Notes under the pieces: model-generated
Database searches by the model: none
The model's input: only the letters and a program-made list of their open reading frames with translations
What the model was told of the DNA's origin: nothing
Translations under genes and position numbers: made by a program
Shown here: positions 9,997 through 18,714 of the stretch, one piece after another
Position numbering within the stretch: position 1 is the first letter of the stretch
Layout of the letters: every line of letters begins with the position of its first letter
From: Polyangiales bacterium
GTDB taxonomy: Bacteria; Myxococcota_A; Polyangia; Polyangiales; Houyiibacteriaceae
NCBI GenBank assembly: GCA_045106895.1
Contig: JBGCFM010000157.1
Location: 1 to 64,000, forward strand
Length of the DNA: 64,000 nucleotides
Direction of reading: 5' to 3'

Positions 9997-10899
9997 CTAG
10001 AAGGAGACTCGAACTTGCCCGTGACCGCCGTCGTCATGGAGACGAGCGAGGATGCGGTCTTTGAGCGCGCTGGTGTTCGTCGACATCAGCCACGCGTCGC
10101 TTCGAGGGCGAGGCTCGGTGATGGTGAAATCGTCAACGATTTTTGCCGGCGAGGAGGAAAGAACAAGCACCCGGTCGGCGAGAAGGAGAGCTTCGGACAC
10201 GTCGTGAGTGACGAAGATGACGAGACACTGATTCGCTTCCCAGAGCTCGATGAGCAAACGCTGCATCTCCTCGCGGGTTTGCGCATCGAGAGCACCGAAG
10301 GGCTCGTCCATGAGCAAGATTTTTGGGCGAAGAGCCAGGGCACGCGCGAGGGCGACGCGCTGGTTTTGGCCACCACTGAGTTGAGCTGGCCGAAGCTCTC
10401 CCTTTTCGCCGAGGCCGACAGCTTGGAGCATCTCCTCGACGCGCGTTTCGCGCTCTGCCTTTGGCACACGTTTCTTCCAGAGGCCGAGGCGAAACGGGAA
10501 GGCAACGTTCTCACGAATCGTGAGATCCGGGCGGTTGGCGTAACGCTGAAAGACCATGACGGCGTCGTCATGGGGGCCCTCGCAGGCGACGCCATCCACG
10601 GTGACGCTGCCGTCCGTGGGCGTCTTGACGCCGATGGGTCGGACGCCTCCGGCCATGCGAAGAAGCGTCGACTTTCCGCAGCCCGACGGACCGAGGAGCA
10701 TCACGATGCCGGGCTTGTCGAAGGTCAGGTCAATGCCGTCGAGGATTCGAACGACACCGTCGCCCTCGGGCTTCGGGTATTCCTGAACGATCCCGGACAA
10801 GACCACCTCCGGAAAGCCGCCCGGCTGTGGCGCCGGCGTCTCAGGAGTCTCTGCTGGAACCTGTGCCGGAGTGTCGGCAGGAGCTGTCTCGTCGCTCAC
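9997..10899 (-). CDS. ABC transporter ATP-binding protein (TauB/SsuB/NrtD-like)
   Basis: Walker A GPSGCGKS, signature LSGGQ, Walker B LLMDEPFGALD, and FVTHD. GTG start overlaps the permease stop. Confidence 0.93.
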   Translation of the reverse strand: MSDETAPADTPAQVPAETPETPAPQPGGFPEVVLSGIVQEYPKPEGDGVVRILDGIDLTFDKPGIVMLLGPSGCGKSTLLRMAGGVRPIGVKTPTDGSVTVDGVACEGPHDDAVMVFQRYANRPDLTIRENVAFPFRLGLWKKRVPKAERETRVEEMLQAVGLGEKGELRPAQLSGGQNQRVALARALALRPKILLMDEPFGALDAQTREEMQRLLIELWEANQCLVIFVTHDVSEALLLADRVLVLSSSPAKIVDDFTITEPRPRSDAWLMSTNTSALKDRILARLHDDGGHGQVRVSF

Positions 10900-11684
10900 G
10901 TTTCTGTCTCCCACGGGTAGAGGCGCTTCTTCACGGCGGTCATGAGCCCGTAGGTGACCAGCGCGAGCGCGACGATGACTCCGATGCCGACGAACACTTG
11001 GTCCATCGCACTAAAGCGTCGCGCGTTCTGAATGAGTTGTCCCAGACCCTCCGTCGCGTTCACGTATTCCGCGACGGTGATGTACGTCCACATCACGCTG
11101 ACGGCGACGATGACGGCGTCGGCGATTCGAGGTTTGGCGAGGGGCAGCACTGCGTGCCACGTCGCCTCAAAGGGGGTGGCGCCCAGGTCGCGGGCGGCGA
11201 TCCAGTACTGCTGACTGACGGCCTGCATCGCGTCACGAACCATCGGAACGAGGAAGACCACCGCGCCACAGAAGAGGAACGCAATCTTCATCTGCTCGCC
11301 AATACCGAGCCACATCACGAGGATGGGGAGAATCGCCACCACGGGCGCAGAGCGCAGCGGATCGAGGAGGGGGGAGAGGAACGCGTTCACTCGCGGTGAC
11401 GCGCCCATGAGGATGCCGAGGGGGACCCCAAGAATGACCACCAAGAAGCCCGCGACGAAGACACGCTTTACAGACGCGATGGTCGCGACGAGGAGCTTGC
11501 TCTCGCCCTCGTACCAGGCGAGCTGCATAAACGCCTCAGCGACCTCGCCGATGCCCGGGAGCTTGCGCGCTTCGACGATTCCACCGAGCGAGAGAATCGC
11601 CCAAATGGCGAGCACGGTGAGAAGCGCGCTGAGCCCAATGGCTCGGCGCGTGTTCTTAGAAGGTTGGTCGTAGGGGTTCCACAC
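10896..11684 (-). CDS. ABC transporter permease (TauC/SsuC-like)
   Basis: Multiple TM helices, EAA-like loop AARDLGAT, and VAEYVNATEGLGQLI. Confidence 0.9.
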   Translation of the reverse strand: MWNPYDQPSKNTRRAIGLSALLTVLAIWAILSLGGIVEARKLPGIGEVAEAFMQLAWYEGESKLLVATIASVKRVFVAGFLVVILGVPLGILMGASPRVNAFLSPLLDPLRSAPVVAILPILVMWLGIGEQMKIAFLFCGAVVFLVPMVRDAMQAVSQQYWIAARDLGATPFEATWHAVLPLAKPRIADAVIVAVSVMWTYITVAEYVNATEGLGQLIQNARRFSAMDQVFVGIGVIVALALVTYGLMTAVKKRLYPWETET

Positions 11685-11699
11685 GGGCTACGCTTGCCT

Positions 11700-13385
11700 T
11701 TATTCGCTGTCGTGACGCTGAAGAATCGCGACGCGCGTGGAGCGGTTTCGAGTCCGACAGTCTTCGAGGGACATGCCTTCCTCTGGGGCGGACTCATCGC
11801 AGAGCGGGCTCGAAGAGCCGTTGCCTCGAACGATGAAGCGGTCGCGGGAGAACTCCCACTGCTCGACGAGGAACGCGACGACGGCGTTCGCGCGCTGCTC
11901 GGAGAGGGCCTGGTTGGCGCGAGCGCTGCCGGTGGAGTCGGTGTTTCCGGAGACCTCAAAGTACGCCGAGCCATGGTTCTCGACGAGGGGAACCATCTCA
12001 TTGTTGATGGTCTGCTTGCTTCGCTCGGTGAGGTCGCTTGAGCCGGTCGCGAAGTTCACTGTCACCGGTCGCGTCACGACGGGGGCGGCTTCCTCGTTTC
12101 GAACTTCCTGAGCGAGCTGGTCGCGCTCGGCACCCGTGAACTCGAACTGCGGAGCTTGGGCAGCCTGTCGTGTCGCTGGCGTCGCAGCTTCCATGAGCGC
12201 CCGAATGTACTGGGTGTCGATGGAGTCCTGGGCTGGAATCACCGGAGAGTTCGGGTCTGCGAGGGCGCCGGCTGCGCGGTAGATACGGTCGAAACGTCCG
12301 TACACGCGCTCGTAGTGGTTCGTGCCGCCAGCGAGGCCGAGGATTCGCATATTGTCGTCGAGGCCCGTCCAGACGAGATTGTCGAAGAGACCCGCGACGA
12401 AGGGGCGACCCTCGTCGCGTGCGAGGAGCTCGAAGAACTCCTGCGTCTCCACGAGCGCCGTGATGGCGTTCTCGGGGTCCGCCTTGGCGGCGGTGACGCC
12501 GTCCATCCAGGTCTTTACGAAGTTCTGGACAGCACCCCGGTTGGCGGTGTCGTTGAGCATACGTGTGTCGCAGACGATGACGTCGTAGATGAGGTTCGTG
12601 GCGACTCGCGTGGAGTAGATGACGTGGGCGCCGGAGTTCTTCACAGCGAGGCTAAGGTCCGGGTCCCAGAGAACGGCGGCGTCGACGGCGCCGGACTCGA
12701 GGGCGGAGCGAACTCCCGCGGTGCCTTCGTCCACGTTGATGAAGATGTATTCGATCTGGCTCTTCTGCCGCTCCGTGAGACTGGAGTTCTCGACGGCGTC
12801 GATGAGCATACCGTGACTGGGCGTGTACTGAAGGAGCGCAACGCTCTTGCCCACGAGGTCTTCAACGCGGCGAATCGAAGGGTCGCGTGCGAGGATGGCG
12901 TCACCGCCCTGGGTGTTGTCCACGATCATAACGGCGCGGCCGTCGAGGTCGTTGCCTCGAAGGTTTGGCTGCTCCTGGGCCCAGAAGTCGCTGGTTCGCC
13001 ACGCGCAATGGGCCGTGTTTGAAGTGAAGATCTCCGTCAGCGTAGGGATGTTGTCCTGAATCACGTACTCGATGTGGACATCGTTGCCGGCAGCGATGGA
13101 GCCGGGCTGGGTCGTCAAGGAGTTGCCATTGGCGACAATCGCCGGCGCGTATCCATGGAAGGAAACGATGGAGACCTTGATCGGGTTCGTCGCGCTTCCG
13201 AGCGGCGTGGATGTGTCGACCTCCGGCGCCGTGGTTCCGTCCTCGCCGCTGGCCGTGGCGGTTCCAGGCTCATCGCCGTTGACGATGTCCTTGAGTCCAA
13301 GGTGCCAGGCTGCGGTTCCGAGTCCTGCGAGGACGACCATGCCGATGAGACCTTTGGCGAGGGGAGTGGCTTTCGCTTTTGCCAT
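11700..13385 (-). CDS. Membrane-anchored ABC solute-binding protein (NMT1/SsuA-like) fused to a C-terminal OmpA-like peptidoglycan-binding domain
   Basis: N-terminal TM anchor. SBP motifs DNTQGGDAILA, DLVGKSVA and VDAAVLWDPD. OmpA motifs VNFATGSSDL and VSGNTDSTGSARANQALSEQRANAV. Confidence 0.85.
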   Translation of the reverse strand: MAKAKATPLAKGLIGMVVLAGLGTAAWHLGLKDIVNGDEPGTATASGEDGTTAPEVDTSTPLGSATNPIKVSIVSFHGYAPAIVANGNSLTTQPGSIAAGNDVHIEYVIQDNIPTLTEIFTSNTAHCAWRTSDFWAQEQPNLRGNDLDGRAVMIVDNTQGGDAILARDPSIRRVEDLVGKSVALLQYTPSHGMLIDAVENSSLTERQKSQIEYIFINVDEGTAGVRSALESGAVDAAVLWDPDLSLAVKNSGAHVIYSTRVATNLIYDVIVCDTRMLNDTANRGAVQNFVKTWMDGVTAAKADPENAITALVETQEFFELLARDEGRPFVAGLFDNLVWTGLDDNMRILGLAGGTNHYERVYGRFDRIYRAAGALADPNSPVIPAQDSIDTQYIRALMEAATPATRQAAQAPQFEFTGAERDQLAQEVRNEEAAPVVTRPVTVNFATGSSDLTERSKQTINNEMVPLVENHGSAYFEVSGNTDSTGSARANQALSEQRANAVVAFLVEQWEFSRDRFIVRGNGSSSPLCDESAPEEGMSLEDCRTRNRSTRVAILQRHDSE

Positions 13386-13430
13386 CAGTATTTTCTCCTG
13401 TTTCGGCGCCGCCGGGCGGGCCGAGTTTCG

Positions 13431-14195
13431 TTATTCACTGCTCCGCGCAACGGCGAAGGTTCGAGGGATTTCTTGCAGTCGTTCTGCTTCTGCGCGTAGC
13501 CGCGCGGATTCACGCGTGAGCGAAGCTCTCGCCGCCTCAAGCTTTGAGTCGATCTCGACCTTTTGGCTCACGATGGTGGCGGTCTCCTGTTGGAGCGTCG
13601 TCTCCAGCTCCATGATCTTCTCGCGAATCGTCGCCGTGGCTTGGGCCAGGTACTCGTCGCGCCGAGTCTTCTCTGCGGTCGATTCCGCGTCGAGGGCTTG
13701 GACTTGGCCTTCGAGCGTGCGCGTGTGATTGGACAGCGCTTGAATCTTGCGTTCCGCGTCGAGAACCGCGTCTGCCACGGTCCACTCTTCGTCGGCGGCG
13801 TCCATGGCGATGACGGCGGTCTTCCGAGTGACAGCGTCCATCGCCTTGAGGCCGTCGAGGACCCGAAGAAGCTTCTCGGCGGAGTAAGAGGCTTCGGGTG
13901 TGCCTGCCGCGGAGTAGATAGTTGCGAAGTCGGCCCCTTCGACGATGGCCTCCGAAGCGCTGGCGCTTGGGGCGCTGGCTACAGGCGCCGCGCGTCGCGG
14001 GCTAGGGGCAGCTGCCGGGGCCTTTCGTGGTGGCGCCGCAGGAGGTGGAGCCTGCTGTGCGCCCTCGGACGCGAGGATCGCATCGATCTCGTCCATGCTG
14101 AGTTCTTTGCCGCCGCTTTCGGCGACCTCTTTGGACTCATCTTCGGAGAGAGAAACCAGACCGATTTTGGACATCGCCTTGAGGAACTTCGACAT
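13431..14195 (-). CDS. Hypothetical protein: short N-terminal helix, Pro/Ala linker, coiled-coil C-terminus
   Basis: 254-aa ORF co-oriented 45 nt upstream of the SBP-OmpA gene, with a heptad-like charged C-terminal half. Confidence 0.75.
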   Translation of the reverse strand: MSKFLKAMSKIGLVSLSEDESKEVAESGGKELSMDEIDAILASEGAQQAPPPAAPPRKAPAAAPSPRRAAPVASAPSASASEAIVEGADFATIYSAAGTPEASYSAEKLLRVLDGLKAMDAVTRKTAVIAMDAADEEWTVADAVLDAERKIQALSNHTRTLEGQVQALDAESTAEKTRRDEYLAQATATIREKIMELETTLQQETATIVSQKVEIDSKLEAARASLTRESARLRAEAERLQEIPRTFAVARSSE

Positions 14196-14260
14196 GCGCG
14201 GCGAGTGTCCATCGCCCGCCCCCGATGATCAAGGGTTTGTCGTCCGCCAAGGGCCGGATT

Positions 14261-15469
14261 TTAGCGGATCTCGAAGTGGAGGCGGCTATCCTCGCCAAGC
14301 TTGAGAACGCCACTTTCGGCGCTCATTCCCCAATTTGTCGACCAGAGGAGCGTTTCGCGCTCAGGGCCTGTGAACGCGACAATAATAGGGGAAGCGGTCT
14401 CCTCCAGGAGCATGCTCGTCGCGTGACGAAGGCCGTCATCAGGAAGTGGGTAGACCGCGGCGAGAAAGGGGCGGCCCTGAGCTTGGCCGTGAAATACCCA
14501 GACTTCGTCGCCTCGCGAAGGGGACCAGGACATGGCGGCGGGGGCGAGTTCCCAGCCGTTGAGGGCGGCGATGCCTTCCTCGCCAAGGCGTTCCAGCTGC
14601 CGTTCTGGGTTGGTGGGCTCAAAGGTGCTGGCGAACTCGGCGAGCTCGGGAACCCGTCTCAGGAGGGCCTGAATTCCGGCACGGTCCAGCTCGAGGGGGC
14701 GAAAACGTGAGTGATCCCGCTCCACCGGGTAAGTGGCGCTTGTTGCCTCGCCGAGGCAGCAGCGGAAGCTCAGGTGCCGGCTTTGCGTGGAGGCGTCGGT
14801 TCCTCGACGCGCGTTGCAGCGTCGAAGTTCCGGCTCCTGGTCACCGCCGGCGCCGCGGAAGACGGCGCCTTCTTCGGCGGTTCCGGCGAGGTCACGGGTT
14901 GGGGTGCTCGACGTCCATTCGCCGTACGCACCGAGACCGCGCACGCCAAAGGCACTCTGGGCGGTGGGGTCGAAGTTCTCTCCGCCTGCGAAGGTCTCCG
15001 AGGCGGGCCCTTCACACGCGCGTTCCCATTCAAGCTCCGTGCACAGGCGCTTTCCGGCCTCTTCACACATCTCCGCCGCCTGAGCGCGCGTCACATTGAC
15101 TTGCGGCGTGTCTCCGCCGAAAGGTTCCACGTCCATGCGGAAGGCGGGGAGCTCGACGGGAATGGCGTCAGCTTCCGAGCGCGGGACTCGGTTCATCGAG
15201 CCGGGGAGGCTGCCTGCCACGACAATGCCCGCCGGGATCCGCGCCATTCCGTCTTCGATGACCGGTTCAAAGGGGATGATGGGCGTAACCTCCGCAGGGG
15301 CCTCCACGACCGGCGTCGCCTCCGGGGTCTCGAGGGGCGCTTCCACCGACGGAACATCGATGCCGACGTCGACGCCTTCGCTCCCCACGGCGTCCCCACA
15401 ACCTGCGCTCAGGCAGATGGCGATGGCGAGGCTCTTTAGACGACGGGACTTGGGGGGCAAAAGCGGCAC
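14261..15469 (-). CDS. SUMF1/FGE-sulfatase (formylglycine-generating enzyme fold) domain lipoprotein
   Basis: Lipobox LSAGC. Motifs AAEMCEEAGKRLCTELEWERAC, FGVRGLGAYGEWT and LSFRCC. Confidence 0.75.
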   Translation of the reverse strand: MPLLPPKSRRLKSLAIAICLSAGCGDAVGSEGVDVGIDVPSVEAPLETPEATPVVEAPAEVTPIIPFEPVIEDGMARIPAGIVVAGSLPGSMNRVPRSEADAIPVELPAFRMDVEPFGGDTPQVNVTRAQAAEMCEEAGKRLCTELEWERACEGPASETFAGGENFDPTAQSAFGVRGLGAYGEWTSSTPTRDLAGTAEEGAVFRGAGGDQEPELRRCNARRGTDASTQSRHLSFRCCLGEATSATYPVERDHSRFRPLELDRAGIQALLRRVPELAEFASTFEPTNPERQLERLGEEGIAALNGWELAPAAMSWSPSRGDEVWVFHGQAQGRPFLAAVYPLPDDGLRHATSMLLEETASPIIVAFTGPERETLLWSTNWGMSAESGVLKLGEDSRLHFEIR

Positions 15470-15558
15470 CCTTGGAAGCTACCGATCCCCTCGATCTCAC
15501 CCAACTTTCTTGCTTTTCCTCGCTTGAGCCCGTTTCGAAGACTATAGAGGCGGCGTCA

Positions 15559-15931
15559 GAGTAATTCGGGAGGCCGCCGGCGGCGTTTGTCGCGGGAGGA
15601 AAGTCCGAGCACCAAAGGGCAGGGTGCCAGGTAACGCCTGGTGGGGGTGACCCCGAGGACAGTGCCACAGAAAGGAAACCGCCTGGCTCCGCATTTGCGG
15701 CGCTGGGTAAGGCTGAAAGGGTGAGGTAAGAGCTCACCGGGCCTTCGGTAACGAAGGTCGCAATGCAAACCCCACTCGGTGCAAGATGAAATAGGGAAGC
15801 GTTTGAGGGCGGCCCGCCCGATGCTTCCGGGTTGCATCGCTCAAGGAGCGTGGTGACACGTTCCGTAGATGAATGGTCTCCACTGACGTTTGGCGACAGG
15901 CGTTAGTACAGAACTCGGCTTATGAATGCTC
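15559..15931 (+). ncRNA. rnpB: RNase P RNA, bacterial type A
   Basis: Conserved GAGGAAAGTCCG, AGTGCCACAGAAA, GGTAAGAGC and ACAGAACTCGGCTTA. The 5' GAGTAATTC and 3' GAATGCTC ends pair as P1. Confidence 0.97.
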
Positions 15932-15935
15932 TGGC

Positions 15936-15972
15936 CATGGCTCCTCGGTTCGCTGAGGGGCCATGTTTAATT
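15936..15972 (+). terminator. Intrinsic terminator after rnpB
   Basis: Hairpin CATGGCTCCTCGG-TTCG-CTGAGGGGCCATG followed by TTTAATT. Confidence 0.65.
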
Positions 15973-16008
15973 CCGGGCGGCGGGAAGGACTCAAAACGGA
16001 ACGGCGCG

Positions 16009-16037
16009 TTGACAGCTCCGAGAGCAGGGGAGACAAC
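16009..16037 (+). promoter_or_regulatory. Putative sigma70 promoter for the beta-barrel/cytochrome pair
   Basis: Perfect TTGACA, 17-nt spacer, weak -10 GACAAC, then 6 nt to ATG 16044. Confidence 0.45.
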
Positions 16038-16043
16038 CCTGGC

Positions 16044-17519
16044 ATGCCCAGAAGGTGCGGCGGCTCCCTTAGACACTTGCGCGCGATCGCCGTGCTGAGC
16101 GTGCTTTGGGCGTTGCCGGCACTCGCGCAGACCTGGACGTCTTCTCAAGAGGAAGAGAACCGGCCGAGCGATGAGACGCCGGGTCGTTCCCACTATCGCG
16201 TGGATTCAAACTCGACCTTCGTGGCCTACATGATCCGTTCGCCGCTCGCGCCTGTATCCCTTGAGGAGCGGCGATTCGTGGAGTGGCTCTCGGTGGATCA
16301 CATCTACGACGTTGGAGAACGGAACGCGGAAGGTCGTACCCGTTGGCGTCTGCACACGCGGGGTCAGTTGCGAATCGACCAGGAGTTTGGGCGCGATTGC
16401 ACGCGCGTCGACGACACCTGCTACCTCGGGACCAGCGACGACGCGCCTCGGACGTACCAAGTCCTGACGCGAAGGACACGATTGGATGTCCCCGGTCTCT
16501 CGCTGACCGCCGAGGGGCCGAACGCGACGAGCGTCGGTGTCGGGCGCCAGACCATCTTTGACGGCGCGGGGTTTGTCCGTGTCGATGGCGTCCGAATCGC
16601 GAGCACGCCGAACCGTTTCGTGAACATCGAGATCTTCGGCGGCCTCCAGGTCGTCGGGACAAGCGTCGCAGGGAGCTCCGGATATTCGTCTCAGGGGACG
16701 CTCCGGCTACCGCTCCCGCAGACGTTATCACCACGAGATTCTTTGATCGTCGCACCGGAGTCCGCGGTGGAGGTCTATGGCGGCCACCTGCGTGTCGGCG
16801 ACGCTCGCTACCTGCGCGCTGAACTTCTTTTCCGCGAGACACGCGACGGTTCGGGCCTGGTGGCGCGCCGCGTCGGCGGCGGCCTCCTGAGTCGTCCCTT
16901 GCCAATGCTGACTCTCCGCGCGCGCGTGCTTCACGACCCGGCGCTTCGCCGCATCGTGGACGCTCTCGGCGAAGCGGCCCTCACGCTGAAGGCGACGTCG
17001 CTTCGTGTGCGGGTCTTCCACCACGAGCCGACCTTCGACCTCGGCAGCATCTGGGCGTACTTCGACATCATCCCGGTTCAGCAGGTGGAGCTCGTCGCGA
17101 CGCAGACCCTCGGACCTGTCCAACTTCACGGGGCCCTCCGCGGACGTCGAGCCATCAGCGACAAGACGGAACGCGACGTGGGCGGCGAACTCGGCGCTCA
17201 GGTTCGTCTCGGGGCCTGGCGATTGGCCGCCAGCGGCTGGTTCTGGGCCGGCGATTTGACGCCGGTCGCTTTTGCCCGCGCAGATGTGCGCCGCGCGATT
17301 CGTGACCGCGGAGAGGTGGGTATTCGCGCTTCGCTGTGGCGCTTCACGGACCCGTTTCGAGCGCAGCTCTATGCGAGCTCGTTCTCCGCGACGCTCTACG
17401 GAGGCTATCGTCTCACGGAGTACGCGCAGGTTCGCGGCGAGTTCGAGTATGGATACAACCGAATCGTGAGCAGCCGCCTTCGAGGTCTCGTTTCTTTGCG
17501 TGTGAGGTTATGGCGATGA
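16044..17519 (+). CDS. Predicted outer-membrane beta-barrel protein
   Basis: Signal peptide ending ALPALA-Q. Alternating hydrophobic beta-strand pattern throughout. C-terminus LRGLVSLRVRLWR resembles a beta-signal. Confidence 0.65.
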   Translation: MPRRCGGSLRHLRAIAVLSVLWALPALAQTWTSSQEEENRPSDETPGRSHYRVDSNSTFVAYMIRSPLAPVSLEERRFVEWLSVDHIYDVGERNAEGRTRWRLHTRGQLRIDQEFGRDCTRVDDTCYLGTSDDAPRTYQVLTRRTRLDVPGLSLTAEGPNATSVGVGRQTIFDGAGFVRVDGVRIASTPNRFVNIEIFGGLQVVGTSVAGSSGYSSQGTLRLPLPQTLSPRDSLIVAPESAVEVYGGHLRVGDARYLRAELLFRETRDGSGLVARRVGGGLLSRPLPMLTLRARVLHDPALRRIVDALGEAALTLKATSLRVRVFHHEPTFDLGSIWAYFDIIPVQQVELVATQTLGPVQLHGALRGRRAISDKTERDVGGELGAQVRLGAWRLAASGWFWAGDLTPVAFARADVRRAIRDRGEVGIRASLWRFTDPFRAQLYASSFSATLYGGYRLTEYAQVRGEFEYGYNRIVSSRLRGLVSLRVRLWR

Positions 17520-18667
17520 AGTGGAGCCATCTGAAGTGGACGCATGGACTCCTCGTCGCGTTCCTGCTCATCGCCATCGGCGCGAGCCTGCAGGAAGAGC
17601 CGACACATGCCGACGTCGCCGAGACGCTCCGTGGCACGACGGTTTACCCGCCCCAAGAGCTCGCCGTGAAGATGAACCACGAGCTGCCGGCGCATGCTTC
17701 GCTTCGATGCGAGCGATGTCATGTCGGCGCGACGGACTCCACGCTCGCCTCCGACCGCCTCTTGCCGACGGAGGCGAGCTGCGCTCCGTGTCATGATGCG
17801 CAAACTCAGCGCCCTGGCGGCGAATGCAGCTTCTGTCACTTGGGCGAGCCTCGCGCGTCACGCGTCCCGACGGCGCGGCTGCACTTTTCCCACGAAACCC
17901 ACGCGCAAACGGGTGTGCCGTGTCTGAGCTGCCACCAGGTTCAGCGCACGGAGCTTGCGACGCGCCAGCATCTCCCGACAATGCAGTCCTGTTTTCGATG
18001 CCACGGCGGGGATGGCGTTGGTCGCCAAGTGCCCGGCGCATCGAGCGAGTGCTCCACCTGTCATTTGCAGCAAGGGGGGGTCTTGAGAACGGAGTTCGGC
18101 GAGGCGCGGATGCTCCCTCCGGCGTGGCTCTTCAACATGGAACATGACCGTGATTTTCTCGTGCGGCATCGCTGGGTCGCCGCGGACAACGGTGAAATGT
18201 GCACCGAATGCCACCACGAGAACGAGTGTGCCGATTGCCATGACGGACGTACGCGGCCGCCGAGCGTGCACCCGAACGACTTCCTGACGGTTCATGGTCC
18301 GATGGCTCGCCGCGACGACACACGCTGTGCGAGCTGCCACACGGTGCAGCGCTTCTGCGCGGAGTGCCACGCGCGTCTAGGGCTCTCACCCATGGCCGCG
18401 CCTATCGCTGCGCCTGCAGGAGGATTTCATCCACCTGGGTGGATCGAAAACCCGAGTGGACACGCCATGGAAGCACGACGTTCGATGAACACTTGCACGA
18501 GCTGCCACGCTGAGCGCGACTGCGTCGTGTGCCACGGAGCGTCTGGGGTCGGCGGCGGTGTCAGTCCACACGGTCCAAGTTTTGCGCCGCGCTGCGAGTC
18601 GCTTCGATCGTCGAACCCACGAGCCTGCCAGACGTGCCACGGCGGCGCCGTACCCCAGTGCCCATAA
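17516..18667 (+). CDS. Multiheme c-type cytochrome with 13 CxxCH motifs (c3/c7-like)
   Basis: CERCH, CAPCH, CSFCH, CLSCH, CFRCH, CSTCH, CTECH, CADCH, CASCH, CAECH, CTSCH, CVVCH, CQTCH. N-terminal signal/TM segment, SD GAGG, and ATGA overlap with the barrel gene. Confidence 0.92.
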   Translation: MKWSHLKWTHGLLVAFLLIAIGASLQEEPTHADVAETLRGTTVYPPQELAVKMNHELPAHASLRCERCHVGATDSTLASDRLLPTEASCAPCHDAQTQRPGGECSFCHLGEPRASRVPTARLHFSHETHAQTGVPCLSCHQVQRTELATRQHLPTMQSCFRCHGGDGVGRQVPGASSECSTCHLQQGGVLRTEFGEARMLPPAWLFNMEHDRDFLVRHRWVAADNGEMCTECHHENECADCHDGRTRPPSVHPNDFLTVHGPMARRDDTRCASCHTVQRFCAECHARLGLSPMAAPIAAPAGGFHPPGWIENPSGHAMEARRSMNTCTSCHAERDCVVCHGASGVGGGVSPHGPSFAPRCESLRSSNPRACQTCHGGAVPQCP

Positions 18668-18714
18668 ACGCGAGAAGCGTCCGTGTATTCGTTCACGGGT
18701 TCGCGCGCGCCAAC

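Noticed and set aside
15267..15837. Minus-strand ORFs 15267..15737 and 15556..15837
   Set aside because: They overlap the RNase P RNA gene and are spurious.
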